Shown here: piece after piece, positions 38,695 through 48,481 of the stretch | Position numbering within the stretch: position 1 is the first letter of the stretch | Layout of the letters: each line of letters starts with the position of its first letter | Assembly (NCBI GenBank): GCA_025060595.1 | Contig: JANXBX010000006.1 | Span: 65,657-129,656 of the forward strand | Length of the DNA: 64,000 bases | Reading direction: 5' to 3' | From: Synergistota bacterium | Lineage (GTDB): Bacteria; Synergistota; GBS-1 | Program-made: the position numbers and the translations under genes | Notes under the pieces: generated by a model | What the model was told of the DNA's origin: nothing | What the model saw: only the letters and a program-made list of their open reading frames with translations | Databases searched by the model: none

Positions 38695-40872
38695 TTGAAA
38701 ACGACATTAAAGATGATACTTATTGCATCCTTGATTTTATTTCCCGGATACGCTTGGGGGATAGCAAATTGGACAGTAATGATTTACATGGCAGCGGATA
38801 ACGATCTAGAATATTATGCTTTAAATGATTTTTTAGAGCTTTCATCAGTAGGCTCAAGCACAAACGTTAAAATAGTGGTCCAGCTTGACAGAGGTGGATA
38901 CGATTCAAGATATGGGGCTTGGACTAAAGCCCATAGGTTTTACGTAACTAGAGGAATGACCCCAACTGAAGGTAATGCAATCTCAAATTGGGGAGATGGA
39001 AAGGGTGGAAGAGAGATAAATACGGGAGATCCAGGAGAGCTTAAGAAGTTTGTAGAATGGGCAATAACTAACTATCCAGCAAATAATTACCTTCTTGTGC
39101 TATGGAATCACGGACAAGGTTGGAAAAACAAAAGCGAAAAGGAAGGAAAAGAGCCCACCAAGTGGATTTTCTACGATGATACCAGCGACGATGTATTATG
39201 GATGTTTGAGTTGAAAGAGGCATTAAAAGGAAAGAGATTAAGCATAGTCGCAATGGATGCCTGTTTAATGGGAACTATAGAAGCTATGACCGAGCTTCTC
39301 GGAATAGCAGATTATTTCGTAGGTTCGGAAGCAGAGGTACCCGCAAATGGACTACCCTACAACACGATAATGAGCTCCCTTTTATCTAATCCGTCGATGA
39401 CACCAAGGAGCTTATGCGAGATTATAGTGGAAAAATATGGAGACTTTTATAAAAGTAGCGTCCTTCCAGTGACCATCTCAGCAATAGATATGAGTAAGTT
39501 AAACCAAGTTATAGAGGCATTAGATAATTTCGTAGAGGGAACGATTTCAAGAAAGGACTGGAACTCCATTAAAAACGCAAGAAGCAGCGTTTTAAGTTTT
39601 CCGTATGAAGAAGATTATAGATATCAAATCGACTTGGGAAACTTCACCAGTGACCCGAGCCTTAAGAGCGCAATAGGAAACGCGGTTTTCAAGAAATATA
39701 ACTCTTCAGAGTTAAGCAATGCTTCAGGAATATCTATATACTTTCCCCAAGGAAGAGAGTACAATCCTTTCTATAGCGATACAAGAAGAACGTTCTTAAG
39801 CCTGTCCAAATGGAATAACCTGCTTAAGGAATACCTGAAAGGAACAGCGCCTCGAGCCGATATCCCAAAAAGCGATGTTAAACCTAATATAGATGGAATA
39901 ATAAAAGGAAATGAGTGGGAAGACGCATATATTATAGAAAAGGAAGGAGTTAAGATTTACCTAAAGTGCGATGAAAAATATATTTATATAGCCGTAGATG
40001 ATATAAAAGACTCTACGCTCAACATAAACGATAGGGTAGGAATATACTTTGATACAAATGGAGATTGGAGCTGGCCTCAGAGCAGGGGTAACGAAGGTAA
40101 CTATTGGATCAGATACGATGGAACAAAGTGGGAGGGAGTTTTTAGAGCCATCTGGGGCAATTCTGGGATGCCAAACTCCGATGAAAACTATGAAAGTCTC
40201 TCAAGCAACGAACTTACCTTTGCGACGTCTCTCTCTACAGGACATTTGGTTTACGAAATAAGGATAGATTATACCCTAAGATGGAAGGCAAATCCTGGTG
40301 ATGAGGTCCATCTTTACATATTTGCTTATGATGGAGGAAAAAATCAGGACGATATTTGCTGGCCACAAGATTTAACAGGCATTGACTATGGACATCTTTC
40401 TCCCCTTAATTATGGAACGGTCAAGCTCGGTGAAAGGATAGAAATCCCATCGATAGAAGTAAAACCAGAGGAAATAGACTTCGGAGAAGTTAAAGTGGAT
40501 AAAACCGAAACCAGAAATATAACGGTTAAAAACGTGGGAACAGGAACATTATTTGTAGAAGCGAGCTTAGAGGGGAAGGGTTCTTCAAGCTTCTCCATAT
40601 CTCCCGCAAGCTTAGCTCTTTCTCCAGGGGAATCAGGTAATATAAGCGTATCCTTCAAACCAAAGAGGGATGAAAGCTATACCGCCTACGTAGTCATCCG
40701 AAGCAACGATCCCTTAAAAGACACCTGTTATGTCTACCTAAGAGGAGAAGGTAAAGAAGAGATCTGGCTTTTAGGGGGATGTACAGCGTCTGGGTGTGAA
40801 AACGGGCTTTCCTACCTTCTTTTCTTAATACCTCTATTCTTAATAGGCTCCCTTTCCAAGAAGGACAACTAA
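38695..40872 (+). CDS. Secreted clostripain-like (C11) cysteine protease with CBM9-like and Ig-like domains and a C-terminal GGC-TM sorting signal
   Basis: Signal peptide, WTVMIYMAADNDL, WNHG, DACLM, IDG....EW, IDFGEV...NVGTG, GGCTASG-hydrophobic-KK. Confidence 0.8.
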   Translation: MKTTLKMILIASLILFPGYAWGIANWTVMIYMAADNDLEYYALNDFLELSSVGSSTNVKIVVQLDRGGYDSRYGAWTKAHRFYVTRGMTPTEGNAISNWGDGKGGREINTGDPGELKKFVEWAITNYPANNYLLVLWNHGQGWKNKSEKEGKEPTKWIFYDDTSDDVLWMFELKEALKGKRLSIVAMDACLMGTIEAMTELLGIADYFVGSEAEVPANGLPYNTIMSSLLSNPSMTPRSLCEIIVEKYGDFYKSSVLPVTISAIDMSKLNQVIEALDNFVEGTISRKDWNSIKNARSSVLSFPYEEDYRYQIDLGNFTSDPSLKSAIGNAVFKKYNSSELSNASGISIYFPQGREYNPFYSDTRRTFLSLSKWNNLLKEYLKGTAPRADIPKSDVKPNIDGIIKGNEWEDAYIIEKEGVKIYLKCDEKYIYIAVDDIKDSTLNINDRVGIYFDTNGDWSWPQSRGNEGNYWIRYDGTKWEGVFRAIWGNSGMPNSDENYESLSSNELTFATSLSTGHLVYEIRIDYTLRWKANPGDEVHLYIFAYDGGKNQDDICWPQDLTGIDYGHLSPLNYGTVKLGERIEIPSIEVKPEEIDFGEVKVDKTETRNITVKNVGTGTLFVEASLEGKGSSSFSISPASLALSPGESGNISVSFKPKRDESYTAYVVIRSNDPLKDTCYVYLRGEGKEEIWLLGGCTASGCENGLSYLLFLIPLFLIGSLSKKDN

Positions 40873-42246
40873 GAGTGTCCTGATTATTATCTTCAAGTCA
40901 AGCCATAAGGACCAATTTTGTATGTAGTACGCATCAAGGCGCAGCCTCTCCTCGAAAGTGGTGAGGTTGCGCCCGCTTATCTGCCAAAGCCCCGTTATCC
41001 CAGGTTTAACCTCCAATATTACGTCAAAGTAGTCCCCTATTTTCTCCCTTTCCCTTGGAAGATAAGGTCTCGGCCCAACTATACTCATCTCTCCCCTAAG
41101 AACGTTCCAGAGCTGAGGAAGCTCATCGAAGCTCCATCTCCTCAAAAACCTCCCAACCCTTGTAAGTCTTGGATCATGTCCCCTTAGTTTAGCAAACTTT
41201 TCCCACTCCTCTCGGGCCATTGGATTCTCTTTAAGATATTTCTCAAGGATATCGTCAGCGTTAAGGTACATGGTCCTAAATTTATAACAAGGAAATGTAG
41301 TACCTCCCTTACCAAGTCTTGGTGCTACATACAAAGCAGGACCAGGAGAGTCAATTTTAATTAATATAGATATAAGTAGAAGTATAGGGGATAAGATTAC
41401 CAAAGCAGGGATAGATATAAGAAGATCGAAAGCCCTCTTTACTAAGGCATTCCAACCCTTTATGAGGTTTCTTTTTATTTCTATAAGAAATAGACCCTCT
41501 ACCTCCTCAAGGCGAACAGAGGCAGAGGAAAGCCCATAAATGTCCGGAACAACTTTAACTGGAACGTTAAGTCGCCCGCATCTTAGGGCTATAGAGTTAA
41601 GGCCGTTACGACTCAGGGATGGAACAGCAATGATGACCATGTCAACCCTTCTCTCATTAATGATCCTTTCTATGTCCTCTAAACCCCCTAAAACAGGAAG
41701 ACCTTCAACAACATCTTCAAAAGCTTCATTATCAATAAAACCGATAGCTTCGTATCCCCAAAGCGGGTATTTCCTCAGCTTAGACAATATTAACTTGCCT
41801 GTCTCTCCTGCTCCAACTATTAGAGTTTGTTTTCTAAAAAGCCCGATCTTCAAAGAAAGATATCTTATTAAGTATCTCACATAGAAGATCACCGGCAAAG
41901 ATATCAAGAAAGAAAGCAATACGACAACTCGAGAAAACTCAAGAAGCCTATAAAGAAAGCTGAAAGAGAGGAATAAAAGAGCGGTTATAAATGTAGCCTT
42001 ACCTATATAAAAAAGCTCATCTAATGGATCTAAGAAGGACTCCACGTATAGACCTTCCCATGCTAGGGCTAATATCCAGATTAAAAGAATAAAAGGTATT
42101 ATATCAAGATATGCCCCCCATGGAACAGCTCCCCCTACGAAGAAACCTTTTAAAACCTCATGCCTTAAAAGATAAGATAAAACGAAGGATAAAAGTATAG
42201 CAAAAGCATCACCGATCAAAAGAAGCATAGGGAAAATTTTTCTCAA
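40840..42246 (-). CDS. wbaP: Undecaprenyl-phosphate sugar phosphotransferase (WbaP-like)
   Basis: KRAFDL, YKFRTM, DPRLTRVGRFLR, DELPQL, GPRP, PGITGLWQ. Confidence 0.9.
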   Translation of the reverse strand: MRKIFPMLLLIGDAFAILLSFVLSYLLRHEVLKGFFVGGAVPWGAYLDIIPFILLIWILALAWEGLYVESFLDPLDELFYIGKATFITALLFLSFSFLYRLLEFSRVVVLLSFLISLPVIFYVRYLIRYLSLKIGLFRKQTLIVGAGETGKLILSKLRKYPLWGYEAIGFIDNEAFEDVVEGLPVLGGLEDIERIINERRVDMVIIAVPSLSRNGLNSIALRCGRLNVPVKVVPDIYGLSSASVRLEEVEGLFLIEIKRNLIKGWNALVKRAFDLLISIPALVILSPILLLISILIKIDSPGPALYVAPRLGKGGTTFPCYKFRTMYLNADDILEKYLKENPMAREEWEKFAKLRGHDPRLTRVGRFLRRWSFDELPQLWNVLRGEMSIVGPRPYLPREREKIGDYFDVILEVKPGITGLWQISGRNLTTFEERLRLDAYYIQNWSLWLDLKIIIRTLLVVLLGKGAY

Positions 42247-43322
42247 CTTTTCACCACCTCTAAATAAAGCGAGGAAAGCTTTTCTATCAAAACTTCAAGG
42301 GAAAATTCCCTTTCAACCCTTCTTCTACCCTGTATTCCCATCTTTAACCTTAAATCCCTATTCTCTATAAGCCTTCTAAGGTAAAGAACTAGCTCATTTT
42401 CGTCTTTGCCCACAAAGCCCGTTTCCCCATGGATAACTACATCCCTATTTCCAACCACATCAGTCGCAACAACAGGTTTAGAGCAGGCCATAGCCTCAAG
42501 CACAGCTATAGGCATACCTTCCCATAAAGATGTCTGAAGATATATATCTATGCCTTTAAGATAAGATATAGCCTCTTTTCTACTAAGCCAGCCTAAAACC
42601 TTTACGGGAGAGCTTTTAATCTCGTCTTCAAGTTCTCCTCCGCCTATCCACAAAAACTCAACTAAAGGAGAGGAAAGTTTACAAGCTATGTTCTTAAAAA
42701 GCCATGGAGCTCTCGCATAAGTCACTCTACCAACGATAGCTACTCTAATTTTATCCTCATTAAAGATATGAGGTGGAATTTCGTCTATCTCCTCAAGGTC
42801 GATAGCGTTATTCAAAAGCTTCGCTTTAAGCGAAAGCTTCTTAGCTTCAGCGAGCTCACTAAGCGAACACGCGAGTATTACCCCCCCAAATGAAGCGGCT
42901 ATCTTCTCAAGATAGAAAAATAGAGCTCTTTTCCATACAGAGACATCTTTCATTAAGAAAGAAAAACCCCTTGGAGAGTAAAAAACCCTCTTCCTCCGGA
43001 GAAGAAAAGCAGCAAGCCTTCCTAAAAATCCAGCTTTAGAAGAGTGAAGGTGAATTATATGAGGATCATATCTTTTTATCAACTTAATCAAACCAAAGAG
43101 AGCCTTTAAATCCGCAATAGGAGAGATTTCCCTTGTCATTGGAAGATATATCTTTTTTACATCTTCTCTGATAAGAGACTCCCAATTAGAAGGGGTTTCC
43201 TTTCTTAAGGAATAAATGAGATAAACTTCGAAAAGATCACGAGGAAGATTATTACATATCTGCCTTACCGATTGAAAGACCCCTCCGCCGAAGGACTCAA
43301 CTACCTGAAATACTCTATACAT
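42243..43322 (-). CDS. GT4 glycosyltransferase
   Basis: HLHSSKAG, EGMPIAVLEAMA. Confidence 0.9.
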   Translation of the reverse strand: MYRVFQVVESFGGGVFQSVRQICNNLPRDLFEVYLIYSLRKETPSNWESLIREDVKKIYLPMTREISPIADLKALFGLIKLIKRYDPHIIHLHSSKAGFLGRLAAFLLRRKRVFYSPRGFSFLMKDVSVWKRALFFYLEKIAASFGGVILACSLSELAEAKKLSLKAKLLNNAIDLEEIDEIPPHIFNEDKIRVAIVGRVTYARAPWLFKNIACKLSSPLVEFLWIGGGELEDEIKSSPVKVLGWLSRKEAISYLKGIDIYLQTSLWEGMPIAVLEAMACSKPVVATDVVGNRDVVIHGETGFVGKDENELVLYLRRLIENRDLRLKMGIQGRRRVEREFSLEVLIEKLSSLYLEVVKS

Positions 43323-43355
43323 TACAACAATAATTTTATCAGATTAAAAATTTTT

Positions 43356-43385
43356 GGGGTAGAGGGCGGGAGCACCCCCTACCCC
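43356..43385 (-). terminator. Stem-loop at the end of the lysW operon
   Basis: Minus strand GGGGTAGGGGG...CCCTCTACCCC just after the lysK stop. Confidence 0.5.
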
Positions 43386-43391
43386 ATCTAT

Positions 43392-44429
43392 CTATAGGGT
43401 GGGAGGAATGGAGCTCAAAACATCCTTCAATATCTCAATGGAAATAAGATATTCCTTCAAATTTATGTGCTCTCTCGGAGTGTGATCAAGGGAGCTATCA
43501 CCAGGGCCATAAGCCACTGAAGGACAACCCCAAGCCGGAGCAAGCAAGTTCATATCGGCTGTACCGCTCTTCATCTTATGCTTCGGAGTTAAGCCTCTTC
43601 TTCTTATAGCCCTGTTAAAGGCTGAAACTAAAGGATTGCTTCTGTCACACTTATAAGCTTTAGCCTTAAAGTGTGGTACCCAACCATCGCCTAATATATT
43701 AAGAAGATCATCGGGATCAAGCCACAAGGGAAGCCTAAAGGAGATCCCCAGGTCAAGCCTTTCAAACAAACCATCGCTAAAAGATCTTATTTCCCTAACC
43801 TTTATATCAACCCTATCTATAGAGCCATCTCTACCTTCGTTTAACCCTTCTAAAAGCTTAGATATATCATTTAGGCTCCTTAAACCTTCCTCTATAGCTC
43901 CATCGTTTCCAGAAGCAGGGTGAGAAACCTCAGAGATAAAGCTCTTCTTTATAAACAATGAGCCCTTGTATCCTAATGTAACTCCATCAATACCGCTCGG
44001 CTCACCTATTATTAGATAAGAGGGTGGCTTTGAAACCTTCTTTAAAAGATGAAGAGCTCCTGTCGATGGTCCCTCCTCTTCAACTGCACCAACTACTACA
44101 AGCTTAAGATGCTCAGGAATAGAAACCTCAGAAGCAGCCACTATAAAGGCTGCTAACGGACCTTTTGCATCAACACTTCCCCTACCATAAAGAAGATCAC
44201 CATCGATTCTCGGCTCTATCCATCCAGGAGCTGTATCCATATGTCCCACAAGATAAACCTCGGTTTGCCCTTTACCACGAACAGCGATAAAGTTTCCTAC
44301 CTCATCCAAATAAGCTTCATCAAAATTAAGATTCTTTGAAGCATCAAGTAAAAACTCACCTATTTCCTTTTCCTCTCCAGCGAAGCTTTTTATCTCAACC
44401 ATCCTGCGAAGAAGCTCTATCGGACACAT
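43392..44429 (-). CDS. lysK: [LysW]-lysine/ornithine hydrolase
   Basis: M20: GHMDT, GRGSVDAKGP, EE, GEPS, GTADMN, YGPGDSSLDHTP.E; operon context. Confidence 0.9.
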   Translation of the reverse strand: MCPIELLRRMVEIKSFAGEEKEIGEFLLDASKNLNFDEAYLDEVGNFIAVRGKGQTEVYLVGHMDTAPGWIEPRIDGDLLYGRGSVDAKGPLAAFIVAASEVSIPEHLKLVVVGAVEEEGPSTGALHLLKKVSKPPSYLIIGEPSGIDGVTLGYKGSLFIKKSFISEVSHPASGNDGAIEEGLRSLNDISKLLEGLNEGRDGSIDRVDIKVREIRSFSDGLFERLDLGISFRLPLWLDPDDLLNILGDGWVPHFKAKAYKCDRSNPLVSAFNRAIRRRGLTPKHKMKSGTADMNLLAPAWGCPSVAYGPGDSSLDHTPREHINLKEYLISIEILKDVLSSIPPTL

Positions 44430-45597
44430 CTCTTGAAAGCACCCTCCTAACTTTATCTACGACAAAAAGGATTTCCTCCTCACTTATAACAAGAGGAGGA
44501 AGAAACCTCATTACAGTAGGCCCAGCTTGAAGGGCTAAAACCCCTTCTTCAGCCAGAGCCTTAAGGTAAGGGGCGCTCCTTTTCTTTAACTCGATACCTA
44601 TCATTAAACCTAAACCCCTTACATCTTTAACAAAGGGGGAATCTATGCTTTTCAATCCATCGATAAATAAACCACCTAATTTTTCAGCCCTTTTGTCGAG
44701 GACCTTCTCTCTCATAAACCTTATTGCCGCCCTCGCAGCAGCACATGAAAGAGGATTTCCGCCAAAGGTCGAACCATGGGTTCTAGATGGTACTTTGCCT
44801 AAAGACTCTCTCATTACGACTGCACCTATAGGAAGACCTCCTGCCATACCTTTAGCTAAACAAACCATATCAGGGGAAAGATCATGCCACTGGAAACCGA
44901 AGAACTTACCGGTTCTACAGAAACCAGTTTGAATTTCATCAGATATAAATAAAGCCCCTTTACTTTTACAAAGATCCTGAGCAAATCTTAAAAACCCCCC
45001 ACTTATAGGGTAAACCCCTCCTTCACCCTGAACGGGCTCGAATATAAACGCTGCAGTATCTTCATCTATCGCCTTCTCAAGCTCTTCCCCATTCTCTGGT
45101 TCCACGTGAACAAAACCCGGAACCAACGGTTCAAAAGGCTCTCTATATTTAGGATTCCAAGTAGCGCTTAAGGCCCCAAAGGTTCTTCCATGAAAACCCC
45201 TTTTCAAAGCAACTATCTTCTTTCTCCCTGTTAGAAGTCTCGCAAACTTTATAGCCGCTTCAATAGCCTCTGTACCACTGTTACATAAAAAAACGCTACC
45301 CATATACTCCGGCATAACATCAAGAAGCTCTTTATAAAGAAGGGCTCTCTCCTCATGATAAAAAGTTTCGGAGCAAACTATAAGTTTTTTAGCCTGCGTT
45401 TCTATAGCTTCAAGAACATAAGGATTAGCATGCCCTACTATGCCTACCCCGTGCCCTCCAACACAATCTATATATTCCCTCCCCTGATCATCCCAAACTC
45501 TAGCTCCCTCTCCCCTAACTAACCTCAAGGGCACCTTGGGATATACTCCACTTCCATACTTCTCTTCCAGCTCTATCAGATTCAAGGTTAAGCTCAC
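44395..45597 (-). CDS. lysJ: [LysW]-aminoadipate/glutamate semialdehyde transaminase
   Basis: Class III PLP enzyme: NSGTEA, FHGRT, EPVQGEGG, DEIQTG, AKG, GSTFGGNP. Confidence 0.88.
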   Translation of the reverse strand: MSLTLNLIELEEKYGSGVYPKVPLRLVRGEGARVWDDQGREYIDCVGGHGVGIVGHANPYVLEAIETQAKKLIVCSETFYHEERALLYKELLDVMPEYMGSVFLCNSGTEAIEAAIKFARLLTGRKKIVALKRGFHGRTFGALSATWNPKYREPFEPLVPGFVHVEPENGEELEKAIDEDTAAFIFEPVQGEGGVYPISGGFLRFAQDLCKSKGALFISDEIQTGFCRTGKFFGFQWHDLSPDMVCLAKGMAGGLPIGAVVMRESLGKVPSRTHGSTFGGNPLSCAAARAAIRFMREKVLDKRAEKLGGLFIDGLKSIDSPFVKDVRGLGLMIGIELKKRSAPYLKALAEEGVLALQAGPTVMRFLPPLVISEEEILFVVDKVRRVLSRDVSDRASSQDG

Positions 45598-46405
45598 TCC
45601 TTCCTCTAAATATGGTTCCTTTACCCTGGAGAGCTGATATAATCGGGCTCTCGATACAACCAGAGGCTATTACACCTTCCCTGACTCCTCCTCTAACAGC
45701 TTCAAACAATGCCATCACCTTTTTCTTCATTCTACCTTTGGCTATCTGAAGTATCTCCTCTTCCATGTCAAGAGAAACCTCTTGAATTAAGCTTTCAGGA
45801 TCACTTAAATCCCTTAAGAGGCCTGGCACATCCGAGAGAATAACCAAGCTTTCACTTCCTAAGGACAAAGCTATCTTTGATGCAAGGGTATCTCCATCAA
45901 CGTTAAGGAGCTCTCCATTAAAGCCAAAGGCCAAGGGAGCTACTACAGGAACAAAACCCATATTTAAAAGCTCCCTTAAGAAAGAATCGTTAATCCTCTC
46001 TATCTTGCCGGAGTAGTCATCTTTTATAACCTTAACCTTCCCATCAGGTGTAAGAGCCTTTATAATCTTCCTCTCGGCTTCAATCAGCCTACCATCGGCT
46101 CCGCTTAAACCTATAGCTTGAACCCCTATGCTTTGAAGCTGAGCAACAAGAAATCTGTTTATCTTTCCAGCACACGCCATAACAAAGACTTCAAGAACCT
46201 CTTTCGTCGTTCTTCTGCTTTCAAACCCAGAAGGAGAAACCACCTTTTCTACCTCGACACCTAGCTTCCTTGATAGCTCATTTGTAGCCTCACCACCGCC
46301 ATGGACTATAACAAGCTTTTCACCCATATCATAAAGCCTTTTAATATCACTGCATACATTTTTGAAATTCCCATTCAGGCTTCCACCTATCTTTAAAACT
46401 ATCAA
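45515..46405 (-). CDS. lysZ: [LysW]-aminoadipate/glutamate kinase
   Basis: KIGG, VHGGG, SPSG..SR.T, NVDGD, GRMKKK; start TTG 46405; C-terminal tail overlaps lysJ by 83 nt. Confidence 0.88.
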   Translation of the reverse strand: MIVLKIGGSLNGNFKNVCSDIKRLYDMGEKLVIVHGGGEATNELSRKLGVEVEKVVSPSGFESRRTTKEVLEVFVMACAGKINRFLVAQLQSIGVQAIGLSGADGRLIEAERKIIKALTPDGKVKVIKDDYSGKIERINDSFLRELLNMGFVPVVAPLAFGFNGELLNVDGDTLASKIALSLGSESLVILSDVPGLLRDLSDPESLIQEVSLDMEEEILQIAKGRMKKKVMALFEAVRGGVREGVIASGCIESPIISALQGKGTIFRGRSELNLESDRAGREVWKWSISQGALEVS

Positions 46406-46418
46406 AAACTTCACCCCC

Positions 46419-47447
46419 CTAAACGGGATAAACAGGTACAAGCTTTAACCCCATATCTTCAGGCAATCCCAAAGCGATATTAGCCGCTTGAACTGCACTG
46501 CCTGATGCTCCTTTAACCAGATTATCTATAACGCTTACCACGGTTAATGCTCTTCCACCAGGATGAAGTTTAAGCCCGATCATACAAAGATTAGTCCCTG
46601 TAACCCATCTTGGATCAGGAAAACGAAGATGCTCCGGCTTAAAAGGACAGAGCTCAATAAAAGATTCAGAAGAATATCTATCCCTATAGATCTTAAGTAT
46701 CTCCCTTTCACTAAGATCCTCTTTAAGCTCACATCTAACAACAGCTTGAATACCTCTGACAAGCTCAACAGCTGTTATCCTTATCTCTCCATTAACTCCC
46801 GTCTCTTGAGTGACCTCAGCAAGGTGCCTATGCTCATAAGTAGCATAGATCCTTAAGGCCCTGCTTCTTTCTGGATGATGTCCGCCCTCTGAAGGCTTAG
46901 CTCCTCCCGCAGAAGAACCAACCCTTACATCCGCATGAAAACTTTCCAATAGCTTCTTCTCAGCCAATGGCAAAAGAGCCAAATTTATAGCTGTTGCATT
47001 ACATCCCACACCCGAGATCAACTTAGCGCTTCGTAACTCCTCTCTATGAGCCTCGGGAAGACCATAGACTGAACTTTTCAGAAGCTCCGGATAAGGATGG
47101 CTCCAAGAGTACCACTTTTCATACTCCCTGGGCTCCTTAAGCCTGAAGTTAGCGCTTAAGTCAACAACCTTTTTCCCCTTATCGTATATTTCTTTAACGA
47201 GATCAGCTCCCTCACCATGAGATAGAGCAACAAAGGCTATATCAAAATCCTCATCAAGGGCTTCTCCGTAACTTATAAAGTTATCCTTAAAAAAAGGCCT
47301 TAGGTGAGGATGATACCTCCAGATGGGCTCCCCTACCGCCCCCTGAGAGGCAACGCCTATAACCTTTATCCCTTCATGAAAAGAAAGTATCCTCAACAGC
47401 TCTCCTCCAGTGTATCCCCTTCCTCCGAACACAATAGCCTTTATCAC
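46419..47447 (-). CDS. lysY: [LysW]-aminoadipyl/glutamyl-phosphate reductase (ArgC family)
   Basis: GYTGGEL, DLSANFRL, YGLPE, GCNAT, HHPER, HRH.AE, DNLVKGASG. Confidence 0.9.
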   Translation of the reverse strand: MIKAIVFGGRGYTGGELLRILSFHEGIKVIGVASQGAVGEPIWRYHPHLRPFFKDNFISYGEALDEDFDIAFVALSHGEGADLVKEIYDKGKKVVDLSANFRLKEPREYEKWYSWSHPYPELLKSSVYGLPEAHREELRSAKLISGVGCNATAINLALLPLAEKKLLESFHADVRVGSSAGGAKPSEGGHHPERSRALRIYATYEHRHLAEVTQETGVNGEIRITAVELVRGIQAVVRCELKEDLSEREILKIYRDRYSSESFIELCPFKPEHLRFPDPRWVTGTNLCMIGLKLHPGGRALTVVSVIDNLVKGASGSAVQAANIALGLPEDMGLKLVPVYPV

Positions 47448-48337
47448 GAAAGCACCTCCTCAACATAGTCAGCTATCATCTCTCCCACATCGATTCCAAC
47501 ATCTCTGGATGATCTTGCAAACTCTGGCGTAGAATTAACTTCATTAACTAGAAGCCCTCTTTCGCTCTCAAAGAGATCCAAAGCTATAAAGTCTCCACCA
47601 ACGATAGAAGCCACCTTTTCCGATATTCTAATTAACTCATCACTTACGGAACATAACGCAGCTTTAGCTCCTCTAGCCGTATTTGTTACCCAATGGGAAG
47701 AGCTTCTATAAACCGCATACTTAACTTTCCCACCTATAACAAGAACCCTGATATCCCTTCCAGGCTTCCTTACATACTCTTGAATATAAAAGGCCTTCTG
47801 ATGAACTCCTCCTAAGTTCCAGCGACAAAATATTATAGCTTCGGCAGCATCCCTATCATTAACCTTTGCTAAGAGCCTTCCCCAGGAACCGTTAACGGGC
47901 TTTATAACAGCAGGATAACCAATCTCCTCTAAGGCCTCTAAAGCCTTCTCAGGGGTAAAAGCAAGATAGGTACGGGGAACAGGAATTCCCTCCTTGGCCA
48001 AAAGCTCGGTAGTCAAAGCTTTATCGTTACAGACGACCATTGTTCTAAAGGGATTTATAACCTTAACTCCCCTATCCTCAAGCAAAAAGGATATATAAGT
48101 AGCCTGAGAGGCACTTAAGGTTCTATTTATAGCTAATCTAGCTCCAGGAACTCCATTACCTAACTCCCAAAGGGTCCTATTCCCCAGAACCTTTTCCACC
48201 TTTATCCCCCTTCTACTTAAAGCTTTATCTATTATCCTTTCCTCATCCCTCAAAATCGTATAGATTAAGAGAATCTTCTTGTCCTCCGTCCCAAGGCTAC
48301 TCCCCCCAATCCTCTTCAACCTCGGGAGCAACCTCAA
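47444..48337 (-). CDS. Second LysX/ArgX-family ATP-grasp ligase (start codon uncertain)
   Basis: [37 protein letters not shown]; homologous region begins ~48280; see findings on the start. Confidence 0.85.
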   Translation of the reverse strand: MRLLPRLKRIGGSSLGTEDKKILLIYTILRDEERIIDKALSRRGIKVEKVLGNRTLWELGNGVPGARLAINRTLSASQATYISFLLEDRGVKVINPFRTMVVCNDKALTTELLAKEGIPVPRTYLAFTPEKALEALEEIGYPAVIKPVNGSWGRLLAKVNDRDAAEAIIFCRWNLGGVHQKAFYIQEYVRKPGRDIRVLVIGGKVKYAVYRSSSHWVTNTARGAKAALCSVSDELIRISEKVASIVGGDFIALDLFESERGLLVNEVNSTPEFARSSRDVGIDVGEMIADYVEEVLS

Positions 48338-48467
48338 GCTCCAAAGGATTAAGACTCACAATCTCAAGTTCAACACCACAATCAGGACATATAACAATTT
48401 CTCCCACCTCTGGATCTTCAAGCTCTAATACCACATCACACTCAGGACAACGAGATTTAATCACCAT
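48297..48467 (-). CDS. lysW: Amino-group carrier protein LysW
   Basis: CPEC...CPDCG zinc ribbon, acidic, C-terminal EEDWGE; ATG 48467. Confidence 0.95.
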   Translation of the reverse strand: MVIKSRCPECDVVLELEDPEVGEIVICPDCGVELEIVSLNPLELEVAPEVEEDWGE

Positions 48468-48481
48468 TAAATTCACCCCCA

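Noticed and set aside
45515-45597. 83-nt overlap of the LysZ tail with lysJ as a recoding signal
   Set aside because: Run-on overlaps occur elsewhere in the operon (lysJ/lysK); a lost stop or a 1-nt error explains it
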